This document shows positions 46,636-56,332 of a stretch of DNA of 64,000 nt, piece by piece. Origin of the DNA: Gemmatimonas sp. Lineage in GTDB: Bacteria > Gemmatimonadota > Gemmatimonadetes > Gemmatimonadales > Gemmatimonadaceae. A program made the translations under genes and the position numbers. The notes under the pieces are model-generated. The model was not told where the DNA came from. It saw only the letters and a program-made list of their open reading frames with translations, and made no database searches. Where the stretch lies: positions 175,448-239,447 of the forward strand of contig JANNVQ010000029.1 of assembly GCA_031414535.1 (NCBI GenBank), written 5' to 3'. The number at the start of each line of letters is the position of its first letter. Positions within the stretch are counted from its first letter, which is position 1.

Positions 46636-46702
46636 ACAGGCTGGGCTGGGCGTGAGCAGGCCTCGGCTAGCGAAGGCCACATCGTGAGCGCAAACTTGGG
46701 GC

Positions 46703-47599
46703 ATGTTGAACAGCCTGTCCAATGCCATCCCGCGGATTGTGGGCGCCCCGATCCTGGTTGTACTGCAAATCGCCTGCGCCGGAGCCGGCGACTCCGCTTC
46801 GAAGGCGGCCGAAGCTGCCGCCTCAGCTGCTGTCGCAGAGTGGGAAGTTGATTTTCTCGACGACTTCGACCGCTTCGATGCTGCCAACTGGCAGGATCAG
46901 CAGATCTGGGTCAACAACGAGCAGCAATGCTACGTCCCGGACGGTCGGCATGGCACGCGCGAGGTGAGTGAGGGCACGCTGAGGATGCGCGTCGTGGATC
47001 TCGGTGCCCCCGTGGAGTGCGATGTGCTCGACAAGCAGGGGAGGCAGCATCCGCCCACGCAATGGGTGGCTGGCCGCATCATCTCCAAAAACCGACGCGA
47101 GTTCGTGCAGGGCCGTTGGACGGCGCGCCTGCGGGTACAGGGCAGCGGACAACCCGGCATGTTCCCCGCGTGGTGGTTACTCGGCGCGCGCAACAACGAG
47201 CCACCGCTGCGAGATGCCGACGAGACCGTGTGCTGGCCGATGACGGGCTCAGGGGAGATTGACATCTTCGAGCATCACAGCGACGGCGGGCCTGACCACT
47301 ATGCGGCGCGCGCCATCAAAAGCAATGGCACCTGCGGTGGTGGCGATTGGCAGGCGCTGATGCACGTACAGGCTGCCGCGCTCGCCGAATGGCACGAGTA
47401 TGCGGTGGAATGGGAAGGGAGTGACCTGCGCTTCCTCCTCGATGGTACGGAAGTGCATCGGAGCACCGCGCAGGGCGACGCGTTTCCTGAGCCGCTGTTT
47501 GCCCTGCTCAATTTTGCCAAGATTAACCCGGCACCGATGACGGTGCCGTCGTGGACGATGGAAGTGGACTGGGTAAAGCATGAACGGCGTCTGCCTTGA
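46703..47599 (+). CDS. GH16 glycoside hydrolase (probable lipoprotein)
   Basis: FLDDFD, NNEQQCY, GMFPAWW, catalytic EIDIFE, WHEYAVEW, MEVDWV. Confidence 0.88.
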   Translation: MLNSLSNAIPRIVGAPILVVLQIACAGAGDSASKAAEAAASAAVAEWEVDFLDDFDRFDAANWQDQQIWVNNEQQCYVPDGRHGTREVSEGTLRMRVVDLGAPVECDVLDKQGRQHPPTQWVAGRIISKNRREFVQGRWTARLRVQGSGQPGMFPAWWLLGARNNEPPLRDADETVCWPMTGSGEIDIFEHHSDGGPDHYAARAIKSNGTCGGGDWQALMHVQAAALAEWHEYAVEWEGSDLRFLLDGTEVHRSTAQGDAFPEPLFALLNFAKINPAPMTVPSWTMEVDWVKHERRLP

Positions 47600-47609
47600 G
47601 GACGCGCCG

Positions 47610-50369
47610 ATGATGCAACTCCGACTTTTCTGCATTGCCTCGCTCCTCGCGACGGTGGCCTCCGTTTCGGTAGGGAGTGTCGTAAACGCTCAGGCCTCGA
47701 CGGCAGATCTTCTGGCCTCCTGCAATGCGCCAACCATCGCGGAAGTCGTGCACGCCGCCGCGAGCACCGAGCGCGACGCCCGCGCCTATTGGCTCGACCG
47801 CGCGACCATCCAGTGGCCCGGAGGCAGCGAGGGCCGCGTCGTGCTGTACCGCTCGGAGCGAGCCGCACTGCGCGTGGACTCAGGTGCACAAGTGGTCGGT
47901 GCGAGCGAGGCCATCGCGCTGCAGCCGCTCACGTCGCCGCTGGCTCCCGGCATAGCGGAGCGCTTCAAGTTCATCGGAGCGGGTCCGCGATTCGCTCTTC
48001 CCGAGGCGAGGCGCGCAGAAGCTGCGGACTTGCTGCGAGATCAACTACTACTCGTGCGCGAGGACGCCGAGGGCCGCGTGCTCGATGCCACGGAAATTCA
48101 ACTCCCAGGCGCACTCGACGACCGCTTCGCCGCTGCGGTGAACGCGCCGGACCTCGGCCCCACATTCCGCGCCCAACAAGCAGCGGTCGCGCTCTGGGCC
48201 CCGACGGCGCGCAGCGTCTCACTCTGCGTCTACCCAAGCAGCGCTGCTCCCGCCGAGCGCGTCGTAGCAATGGAGCGCGAGAACGCAACCGGAATCTGGC
48301 GCGCCGCAGCATCGCGAGATCTTCGCGGGCGTGCGTATCTCTTCTTGGTCGAGGCATTCGTGCCCGGCGTTGGTGTGGTTCGCAACCGCGTGACCGACCC
48401 CTACGCCACCGCGCTCACGGCCGACTCCAAGCGTAGTGTGTTTCTCACTCTCGACGATCCGCGCACACTACCGCATGGATGGCGGCGCGCCGCGCGTCCG
48501 CGAGCGCTCACGGCTGTGACCGACCTCGCAGTGTATGAGCTGCACGTCCGCGACTTCTCGCTGCAAGACTCCACCGTACGCGCGGGATGGCGTGGGAAGT
48601 ATCTTGCTTTCGCTGAGCCGCGCAGTGCGGGGATGTCGCACCTGCGACTGCTCGCGCGCGCGGGGATGACGGATGTGCACCTGCTCCCCGTGTACGACCT
48701 CGCGTCAATTCCTGAAGTTGGCTGCGTGAATCCGCAGGTGCCCAACGCTGCGCCAGACGCCGAAGCCCAGCAAGCGGCCATCAGTCCGCTCGCCGAACGC
48801 GACTGCTTTAATTGGGGCTACGATCCCTTCCATTACAGCGTGCCTGAAGGGAGCTACGCGACCAACGCCGACGATGCCGCGACGCGCATCCGCGAGTTTC
48901 GCCAGATGGTGATGGCGCTGCATGCTGCCGGCCTGCGCGTGGGGCTCGACGTGGTCTACAACCACACGATGGCCTCGGGCCAGGATGCGCTCTCGGTGCT
49001 GGACCGCATCGTGCCAGGATACTATCAGCGGCTCAACGCGACTGGAGGCGTGGAGCGATCTACCTGCTGCTACAACACCGCGACCGAGCACGCGATGATG
49101 GCGAAGCTCATGATTGAGTCGGCGGTGCGCTGGGTGCGGGACTATGGCATTGACTCGTTCCGCTTCGATCTGATGGGACATCAGCCGCGCGCGGCGATGG
49201 AGCGGCTGCAGGTGGCGGTTGATTCCGCCGCTGGCCGACACATTCCGCTCGTGGGCGAGGGCTGGAACTTCGGCGAGATCGCCAATGGCGCGCGCTTCGT
49301 GCAGGCCTCCCAACTCTCGCTGCAGGGCTCTGGCATCGCCACGTTCAGTGATCGGGCGCGCGATGCCTTGCGTGGAGGCGGTTGCTGCGATGGCGGAGAA
49401 GGACTAGTCGCCAATCAGGGATTGCTCAACGGCCTGCACTATGCACCAAATGCCGTGAACGCCGGGCGCGATCGGCGCGCCGAGTTGCTGCGCGCCGCCG
49501 ACCTCGCGCGTGTTGGGCTTGCTGGAACCTTGCGCGACTATGAGATGCTTGGGGCCGACGGCGTACGTCGGCCACTCTCGGCATTCGACTACGGCGGTGG
49601 TCCCGCGGGCTTCGCGCTGGAACCGGGTGAGGTGGTGAACTACGTGGAGAACCACGACAACCTCACGCTCTTCGATCTCAACGCTCTGCGTTTGCCTCGC
49701 GACATCTCCCGTGAGGAGCGTACCCGCGCGCAGATGCTCGGCGTGGCCTTCACGGCCTTCAGTCAAGGCGTCGCGTACTTCCATGCCGGCGTGGAGGTGC
49801 TGCGCTCCAAGTCTCTCGACCGCAATTCCTTCAACTCCGGCGATTGGTTCAATCGGCTCGATTGGTCCTACCGCGACAACGGCTTCGGCAGCGGCGTGCC
49901 GCGCGCCGAGGACAATCGCGCGGAGTGGCCATTGATGAAGCCCGTGCTAGCCGATGCGCGCATTAAGCCTGCGCCGAGTGACATTCGTTGGATGCGCGAT
50001 GCCTCGCTCGACTTGTTGCGCATTCGTGCGAGTTCCACGCTGTTCCGCATGCGGAGCGCTGCCGATGTGCAGCGCCGGCTGCGTTTTGTGAATGTGGGAC
50101 CATCGCAGAATCCGGTGGTGCTTGCTGCCTTGCTCAACGGCGAGGGTTACGAGGGGGCAGGGTACCGAGAGCTGCTGTACCTGATCAACGTGTCCGGTGA
50201 GGAGCAAGAACTCGTGCTGCCCGAGGTAGCGGGGCGGCCGTGGATGTTGCACCCGTTGCAGCGTGCGGCGAGTGCCGCGGACGCGCGGCCTCGTCAGGCG
50301 AGGCTCGATGTTACTAGCGGAATGGTCAGCGTACCTGCGCGCACGGCAGTGGTGTTCGTGCGGGAGTGA
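47610..50369 (+). CDS. Pullulanase-type alpha-1,6-glucosidase (GH13)
   Basis: LWAPTA, YELHVRDFS, FNWGYDP, DVVYNH, FRFDLMG, GEGW, YVENHDN. Confidence 0.93.
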   Translation: MMQLRLFCIASLLATVASVSVGSVVNAQASTADLLASCNAPTIAEVVHAAASTERDARAYWLDRATIQWPGGSEGRVVLYRSERAALRVDSGAQVVGASEAIALQPLTSPLAPGIAERFKFIGAGPRFALPEARRAEAADLLRDQLLLVREDAEGRVLDATEIQLPGALDDRFAAAVNAPDLGPTFRAQQAAVALWAPTARSVSLCVYPSSAAPAERVVAMERENATGIWRAAASRDLRGRAYLFLVEAFVPGVGVVRNRVTDPYATALTADSKRSVFLTLDDPRTLPHGWRRAARPRALTAVTDLAVYELHVRDFSLQDSTVRAGWRGKYLAFAEPRSAGMSHLRLLARAGMTDVHLLPVYDLASIPEVGCVNPQVPNAAPDAEAQQAAISPLAERDCFNWGYDPFHYSVPEGSYATNADDAATRIREFRQMVMALHAAGLRVGLDVVYNHTMASGQDALSVLDRIVPGYYQRLNATGGVERSTCCYNTATEHAMMAKLMIESAVRWVRDYGIDSFRFDLMGHQPRAAMERLQVAVDSAAGRHIPLVGEGWNFGEIANGARFVQASQLSLQGSGIATFSDRARDALRGGGCCDGGEGLVANQGLLNGLHYAPNAVNAGRDRRAELLRAADLARVGLAGTLRDYEMLGADGVRRPLSAFDYGGGPAGFALEPGEVVNYVENHDNLTLFDLNALRLPRDISREERTRAQMLGVAFTAFSQGVAYFHAGVEVLRSKSLDRNSFNSGDWFNRLDWSYRDNGFGSGVPRAEDNRAEWPLMKPVLADARIKPAPSDIRWMRDASLDLLRIRASSTLFRMRSAADVQRRLRFVNVGPSQNPVVLAALLNGEGYEGAGYRELLYLINVSGEEQELVLPEVAGRPWMLHPLQRAASAADARPRQARLDVTSGMVSVPARTAVVFVRE

Positions 50370-50372
50370 GAG

Positions 50373-52802
50373 TCAGCGGGGCAGCGTTGCGGAACCTGTA
50401 TGAGCATGCGCCACTCCGAGCACTCGTCCCGCCGCTGCCATGCCGCTGAGCAGCGCTCCTTCCACGCGCGGTCCGCCGCACCAGTCGCCGGCCACGCCGA
50501 CACGCAAAGTCGCATCCCACAGCGAGTCGCTCTCAAGCACGGGATCTGGAATCGCATAGCGCCAACGATGCGCCTGCGCGTGCACGATACGCTTCGCCGC
50601 AGGGCCCAGCAGTTGCGCGAAGGCCTCGAGCATCGGCGCCATCGCCACATCCGGCTCGTCCTCGAGCGTGGCCAGGCTATGCGCGCGCGTCGCGTGCAGC
50701 ACCCAACATTCGTGCCCGCCATCGCGGCCCGGCTTGGCAGCATTGCGCGCCATCCACGCGAGGTGGGCGTTGTCGTTGACGAAGGCTGCGTCCCAATCAA
50801 GGCTTGCGGGACTTTCCAATACGCAGAGCACCGCGCGGCAGGGATGAAAAGCCACTCGCTCACAGGCCGCCGCGAGCTCCGGCGCGGAGGGCGTGAGGAG
50901 CGCGGCTGCCTGGGGTGCTGGCGCAGTCACAAGCAGTTGGTCGAATGTTCCGAGCGATGCGCCCAAGGCATCAGTTAAATGCCATCTGGCATCCGAGCGA
51001 CTGGCTGATGCCACAGTAGTGCCGACTCGAATCGTGAGGTCTCTCGATAAGTGGCGGGCAAGCGCCGACATGCCGGGCACGGCTACCCAGCGCGTGGGGC
51101 CGTCTGACGCATCGCGCCATTGGCCGCCTTCGCGCACCGCGATCTTCGCCTGCCACTGGGCCAACACGCCCGCATCCGCCCAACTCTTCACCCACGGTGC
51201 GAGGCGGGCATCGCGAAACGTGGCGTACTGCGCGCCGTGATTGAAGGCCCAGAGCCCTTCACGCCGCGTTGCGCTGCGTCCACCAACTCCGCGCGATTTC
51301 TCAAAGACCGTCACTGACACACCCGCATCAGTCAGCGTGCGCGCCGCGGCGAGCCCTGCGAGTCCAGCGCCAACAATGGCCACGCTGCCAACGTTCGGCT
51401 GCGATGGTCGCGCGATGTGCGCCGCGTAGCGCGCGAGGTCGAGCCGTGCTGCGTGCTCGCGCAAAGGACGCGGGCGCACGGTACCAAGCACGGGCTGCTC
51501 AGGTGCGAAGGGCCGATCGAATTGTCCCAAACACCAGAGCAGTCCGCCGTAGCTCGATGGGTCGCGCCCATCGAGCGCGTAGCGATTGTTGAGGTCAATG
51601 AGGCGAGCCAGCGCCTCGGCGGCGTCAGCGGACCATTCCAGCAACGCCTTGCCCCAAGTCATGCGGAGGTTGTTGTGCAGTTCGCCATGTCGTAGCAGGG
51701 ACTGTTGCGCGGCGTCCCACAGAGCATTGCCCGTCTCCGCCCGCGCGAGCGTTTCCCAAGGTAGGCGCTCGCGTGGGTCGGCGGCGTGTGCCTCAAGCGT
51801 CTCTACGGCCCAGCGCGGGACTGCTTGCAAGGACTCTACGTTTGGTGTGTGATGGCAGAAGGCATAGGCCAGCTCGCGCCAGATGAGGAGTTCGTCCAGC
51901 CACTTCTCCGGCCCCGTACCCGCGCGAGCGGCCGCTTCACGCGCGAGCGCGAAGGGCGAAACCATCCCGTAGTGTAGGTAGGGCGACATCCGGCTCACGC
52001 CATCGCCGCGCGCCGCATCGTTGCGGCGATCAGCGTAACGCGCCAGTGCACCATCGTCTACGAAGGCTCGCCAGCGCGCGAGGCCAGCCACACTGCCTCC
52101 GCGCGTGTCAGCGATTGGCCCAACCGTGTGATCGATGTGGCACTCCGCGACGAGGGCCGCGAAGTCGGCTGTACGCAGATCAATGGGAGTGAAGGGCAGT
52201 GGCACATCAGCGGGCGCCTGCTCCGGCATCACATCCACCCAAGGGCGAGTGAGTCGCTTCTGCCTGAGCTTTGCCGTCGCGTTCTTGTATGCAAAGGCCC
52301 GATCAAACGCACGCGGCACGAGCGGCATCGGCACCACGCAGGCCGTGTCCACCGCCCACACTGGTGTGGCAGTTCCACGCACGAGCGCGTCCGTCCACTG
52401 CGCCAGTGGTGGCACGGGCATGTGCTCGGTGACCACCAGCGCTGCGTCATCAGCCAACTGCCGGAGCCAAGGTCCGCGATGCCCTGGACGCTCCACGTGG
52501 CAGACGTAGGCGACTCCGCGGTCGGCGTAGGCCTGCGCGAGGTCGCGCATGGACTCGAGGATGAACCAGTGGTGGCGATCGCTGGAGTAGGGGTAGCGTT
52601 CGGACACCGCGTGATACACGAGGACGGGGAGTCCGAGCGCGTTGGCGATGGTGAGTGCGGTGTCGAGCGCCGGATTCTCCGTTGCACGGCTCGCGGTACG
52701 CGTCCAGTACAGGACGAAGCGAGCGCCGGAGCGTGCCTCCGCTCCCGATAGCGCGATGCAGCGCTCGGCGAGGTGGCGTGGCAGCGAGGGGAATCGCGTC
52801 AT
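50373..52802 (-). CDS. Class II CPD photolyase-like domain fused to a renalase-like FAD oxidoreductase
   Basis: LYW..ENPAL, SRMSPYLHYG, DELLIWRELA, HNNLRMTWGK, NNRYALDGRDP; then VAIVGAGLAG, EKSRGVGGRSATRR, HGAQY, HRWRYA, GDWC..RVEGA. Confidence 0.88.
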   Translation of the reverse strand: MTRFPSLPRHLAERCIALSGAEARSGARFVLYWTRTASRATENPALDTALTIANALGLPVLVYHAVSERYPYSSDRHHWFILESMRDLAQAYADRGVAYVCHVERPGHRGPWLRQLADDAALVVTEHMPVPPLAQWTDALVRGTATPVWAVDTACVVPMPLVPRAFDRAFAYKNATAKLRQKRLTRPWVDVMPEQAPADVPLPFTPIDLRTADFAALVAECHIDHTVGPIADTRGGSVAGLARWRAFVDDGALARYADRRNDAARGDGVSRMSPYLHYGMVSPFALAREAAARAGTGPEKWLDELLIWRELAYAFCHHTPNVESLQAVPRWAVETLEAHAADPRERLPWETLARAETGNALWDAAQQSLLRHGELHNNLRMTWGKALLEWSADAAEALARLIDLNNRYALDGRDPSSYGGLLWCLGQFDRPFAPEQPVLGTVRPRPLREHAARLDLARYAAHIARPSQPNVGSVAIVGAGLAGLAAARTLTDAGVSVTVFEKSRGVGGRSATRREGLWAFNHGAQYATFRDARLAPWVKSWADAGVLAQWQAKIAVREGGQWRDASDGPTRWVAVPGMSALARHLSRDLTIRVGTTVASASRSDARWHLTDALGASLGTFDQLLVTAPAPQAAALLTPSAPELAAACERVAFHPCRAVLCVLESPASLDWDAAFVNDNAHLAWMARNAAKPGRDGGHECWVLHATRAHSLATLEDEPDVAMAPMLEAFAQLLGPAAKRIVHAQAHRWRYAIPDPVLESDSLWDATLRVGVAGDWCGGPRVEGALLSGMAAAGRVLGVAHAHTGSATLPR

Positions 52803-52890
52803 GAGAGGAGAAACGCGCGTCGCGTATGCTTTGTGCCCCGCGCGAGACCACCTACCGGCCACCCCGCCGCCGCAGCCCGATGGCTCTGAC

Positions 52891-52931
52891 AATACTTAGG
52901 TATTTACAAAAGTATTAGTTGGTGCTACCGT
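52891..52931 (+). promoter_or_regulatory. Putative ArsR operator overlapping a sigma70-type promoter
   Basis: Inverted repeat AATACTT(52891-97)-N12-AAGTATT(52910-16); TTTACA(52903-08)-N17-TACCGT(52926-31) with TG extension; AT-rich patch in GC-rich DNA. Confidence 0.65.
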
Positions 52932-52973
52932 CCTCCTGTTAGCAACACCCTCAAGCCGGGAACGACGTTGCCA

Positions 52974-53315
52974 ATGGCTCAATCCGCAGCCGCAGACAAA
53001 ATCTTTCACGCCCTCGCCAACCCCACGCGGCGCAGGGTCTTGGAGCGCCTCTCGGCCGGACCGGCCACGGTCAGTGAACTGGCCGCGCCCTTCCGCATGC
53101 AACTGCCGTCCTTCGTGCAGCACCTCTCGGTGCTGGAGCGAAGCCGCCTCGTGAAGTCCACCAAGCGGGGCCGCGTGCGCACGTATGAGATCGCGCCCGA
53201 GCGCCTCTCCGTCGTCGAAGACTGGCTCGGCGCGCGTCGCCAGTTGTGGGAAGCGCGACTTGAGCGCTTCGACCAATACCTCACGCAACTCAAGACCAGG
53301 GAAGCCGACGTATGA
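52974..53315 (+). CDS. ArsR/SmtB-family transcriptional regulator
   Basis: FHALANPTRR, VSELA, QHLSVLE, GRVR. Confidence 0.92.
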   Translation: MAQSAAADKIFHALANPTRRRVLERLSAGPATVSELAAPFRMQLPSFVQHLSVLERSRLVKSTKRGRVRTYEIAPERLSVVEDWLGARRQLWEARLERFDQYLTQLKTREADV

Positions 53316-53800
53316 GCAAGCACTTTGCCTTCGATCCCAAGCTCGACTTTGCTATTGAACGCTTCGTGGACGCGCCCACGCGCCTCGTGTGGGAGGCGTT
53401 GACCAAGCCGGAGCATCTCAAGGAGTGGTACATGCCGAGGGCCTGGGGGCGCGTGGCGCGAGCCGAAATGGACCTGCGGCCGGGAGGCATGTTCAGCATC
53501 GACATCGCCGTGGGAGACGGTCCGGAGTTTCCCAATCTTGGCTGCTTCCTCGAGGTCGTGCCGTTGCAGCGCCTCGTGTGGACGTCGATGTTGTTCCCCG
53601 GCTTTCGCCCAGCGGTATTTGACGACATTCCAATTACGGCCATCGTGACGATGGAGAGTGTCGGGAAGGGCACGCGCTATGTGTTCACCGCGCTGCACCG
53701 GAACGAAGCGGATCTGGAGCAGAACATGTCATCGGGCTTCTATCAGGGCACCGAGATTGCGGTTGATCAGCTTGTGGCGCATGTGCTCGGGCTAAAATAG
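53312..53800 (+). CDS. SRPBCC/AHSA1-like ligand-binding protein
   Basis: ERFVDAP..LVWEALT.PE.LKEW, DLRPGG, RLVWT; 4-nt overlap with arsR. Confidence 0.9.
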   Translation: MSKHFAFDPKLDFAIERFVDAPTRLVWEALTKPEHLKEWYMPRAWGRVARAEMDLRPGGMFSIDIAVGDGPEFPNLGCFLEVVPLQRLVWTSMLFPGFRPAVFDDIPITAIVTMESVGKGTRYVFTALHRNEADLEQNMSSGFYQGTEIAVDQLVAHVLGLK

Positions 53801-54819
53801 AGCGCCCGTGCGGGCGCCAACACGCCCTCGGCCTCTCCCATCACAATCAGGGTGCTCCCCGCCTCGACGCGGTGTGACTCCGGCGGGTTGTAGACGACCT
53901 CGCCAGTCACCGAATGCACGGCAAGTAGCAGCAGGTTGGCGTACTGCGAAGGCGCAAGCTCCTTAAGGGTCTGGCCGACGAACGAAGACCCCTGCCCAAC
54001 CTGAATGTCCTCGATGCGCATTGAGCGGTCGTGCGCGCGGAGCATGCGATCCAAGAAGTTCACGGTGGTCGGACGCACGAGTTCGCTCGCGAGGCGCATG
54101 CCACCGATCATCGCCGGCGACACGACGCCATCCGCCCCCGCCGCACGGAAGCGGGTCCGGGCCCGTTCATCCGTGGCGCGCACCATCACGCGAATTGAAA
54201 GACTGAGTTGACGCGCCACCACCGTGCCAACCAACGCATCCTTGTCCGAGTCCACGCAGAGCACGATGCCCGCGGCGCGCTGGATTCCCGCCTGCAGGAG
54301 CACTGCGTCATCCGTGAAGTCTCCACGGAGCAAGTGCACTTGGGGATGCTCCTCCTCTACCTTCGCGGCATTCGTCTCATCTTCCTCAACCACGACCACC
54401 GGACGCCGGGTCGCGAGCAGTTCGCCGAGCACGGCGATGCCGGTCTGTCCCGCACCGCAGACGATAGAGTGGCCCGACATCGCTTCGATCTACTTTTGCA
54501 TCCGTCTCCTCCGGAACTCTTCGGTGAGATCTCCTTCAACCATGAACGCGGTCAACATCGAGATGGCATACGCCCCGACCGACACGCCAAACAGCAGGAG
54601 CAGCACCGTGAACAGCATCACGGACGGCCTCCCCTCGACCTGTACGGCTTCCCGGAAACCGGTCGTGGTCAGCACGTTCGTTGCCATGTAGAGCGCGTCG
54701 AACCATGAGGTTCCAGGGCCGCCCAGTACGCGATACCCAGCCACGCCGATGGCCATCAGGCTGACGAGCAGCCCAATGGGCAATGCAATGCGCTTTAAGA
54801 TGTGAGGCGGGGCGACCAA
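53767..54819 (-). pseudogene. 2TM K+ channel with TrkA-N/TrkA-C (RCK) domains, interrupted by an in-frame TAG at 54490-54492
   Basis: Pore part DALYM..LTTTGFRE and RCK part HSIVCGAGQTG...YNP are in the same frame: ...RRMQK*IEAMSGH... Confidence 0.8.
53802..53817 (+). terminator. Short hairpin immediately after the SRPBCC stop
   Basis: GCGCCC-gtgc-GGGCGC. Confidence 0.3.
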
Positions 54820-54994
54820 TCAGTGGCCCGGGTCGGCGGAGCGCTGCGAAACTCAAGGTGAAGTCTTGCGGCAGAGTGGTGCTGCGCCACCACAGCTTAC
54901 CGGCAATCCTCTCCGTTGGGTACCGGGAGCTACGCCGTCCACCGGCGAAATAGTAATTTCAATCACCGACCCCACCCCCTCCTGAGAGCAGTCG

Positions 54995-56332
54995 ATGTCC
55001 CTGCGAATCTCGCTCCTTATAACCCTGCCCCTTTTATTGATCTCGCTGACCGGCACGCCGCTGCGGGCTCAAGAAGCCCCGAGCGCCGCCGACACCACTC
55101 AGAATGCGGCCCTCCGCGCCTTCCTGGACTGTGACGTCCGCGGTTGCGATCGCGAGTTCCTCGTCAGCGAGATGACGTGGATCAACTGGATGCGCGACCG
55201 ACTCGACGCCGACTTTCACATCCTCGTGACGTCGCTCGCCACGGGATCCGGGGGGAGGCACTATGCCGTGGTCGCGATTGGACAGCGGGCTTTCGCCGGT
55301 AAGGTCGACACGCTCGAGTTCACGACCAACCCCAACGATGCCGACGACATCATCCGTCGCCAGCTCATGCGCGTGGTCTCGCAACTGCTGCTGCCGCACG
55401 CGGCCCGCGGGCCGCTCGGTCCCCGTCTCACGGTTGCGTTCGCTGCGACCTCGGGCCCTAACGGCGCACCGGCGCAGGCGGCCGTGGACCGGTGGAACTT
55501 CTGGACCTATAGCGTCTCGGCCAACGGCTTCCTCAACGGCGAGTCGAAACAATCGTTCCGTAACGGCTGGCTCAACTTGAACGGCAACCGCACCACCGAG
55601 CAGTGGAAGATCCGCGTCGGCGCCAACAACTCGTACAACGAGTCGAAGTTCACGTTTGCGTTGGACTCCGTCAGCGATACGACCATCGTTGCGCTGCAGC
55701 GGAACGTGAGCTTGAGCGCCATGGCGGTCAAGAGCCTCGGCGATCATTGGTCAGTCGGTGGACGTGTCGCGGGCGAGAAGTCGGACTTCGGTAACATCGA
55801 TATGGGCACGAGCGCCGCCGCGGCGATCGAGTGGGACTTCTTCCCCTACAAGGACTTTGCAAGACGCAAGTTCGCCGTGCTCTACACCGTGGGCGCGCGT
55901 TCCTTCCGCTACAAGGAGATCACAGTCTTCGGCCGCACATCCGAGACGCGGCCCGCGCACACGCTCGACGCGACCTTCGCTGCCAGGCAGCCCTGGGGCG
56001 AGGCCAACATCACGCTCAGCGGCTCGCAATACCTCGACGGGCTCAAGTACTACAACGCGGGCATCAGTGGCGGCGTGAACGTACGACTCGGACGCGGTTT
56101 CTCGTTCAATGTTGAAGGTTCGGTCTCGCGCGTGCGCGACCAGCTCTTTCTCGAGCGTGGTGGGGCCACGCAACAGGAGGTGCTCACGCGGCTCCGTGCG
56201 CTGCAGACGAACTACCGGTACTTCACCTTCTTCGGCCTGCGCTACCAGTTTGGCTCGATCTTCAACAGCGTCGTGAATCCACGTTTCGGCAACATCGACG
56301 GCAATGGCGGGGGATTCTCGATCAACTTCTGA
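54995..56332 (+). CDS. Hypothetical outer membrane protein (periplasmic N-domain + beta-barrel)
   Basis: Signal peptide; FLDCDVRGCD; alternating aromatic strands; terminal Phe. Confidence 0.7.
   Translation: MSLRISLLITLPLLLISLTGTPLRAQEAPSAADTTQNAALRAFLDCDVRGCDREFLVSEMTWINWMRDRLDADFHILVTSLATGSGGRHYAVVAIGQRAFAGKVDTLEFTTNPNDADDIIRRQLMRVVSQLLLPHAARGPLGPRLTVAFAATSGPNGAPAQAAVDRWNFWTYSVSANGFLNGESKQSFRNGWLNLNGNRTTEQWKIRVGANNSYNESKFTFALDSVSDTTIVALQRNVSLSAMAVKSLGDHWSVGGRVAGEKSDFGNIDMGTSAAAAIEWDFFPYKDFARRKFAVLYTVGARSFRYKEITVFGRTSETRPAHTLDATFAARQPWGEANITLSGSQYLDGLKYYNAGISGGVNVRLGRGFSFNVEGSVSRVRDQLFLERGGATQQEVLTRLRALQTNYRYFTFFGLRYQFGSIFNSVVNPRFGNIDGNGGGFSINF

Noticed and set aside
54490..54492. Pyrrolysine or genome-wide TAG recoding
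   Set aside because: TAG ends other intact genes here (e.g. bciA, fadL, SRPBCC), and no pyl genes are visible
54820..54994. Possible riboswitch (e.g. c-di-AMP) upstream of the K+ channel
   Set aside because: Only short inverted repeats; I could not match a consensus. An Rfam/Infernal scan would be needed
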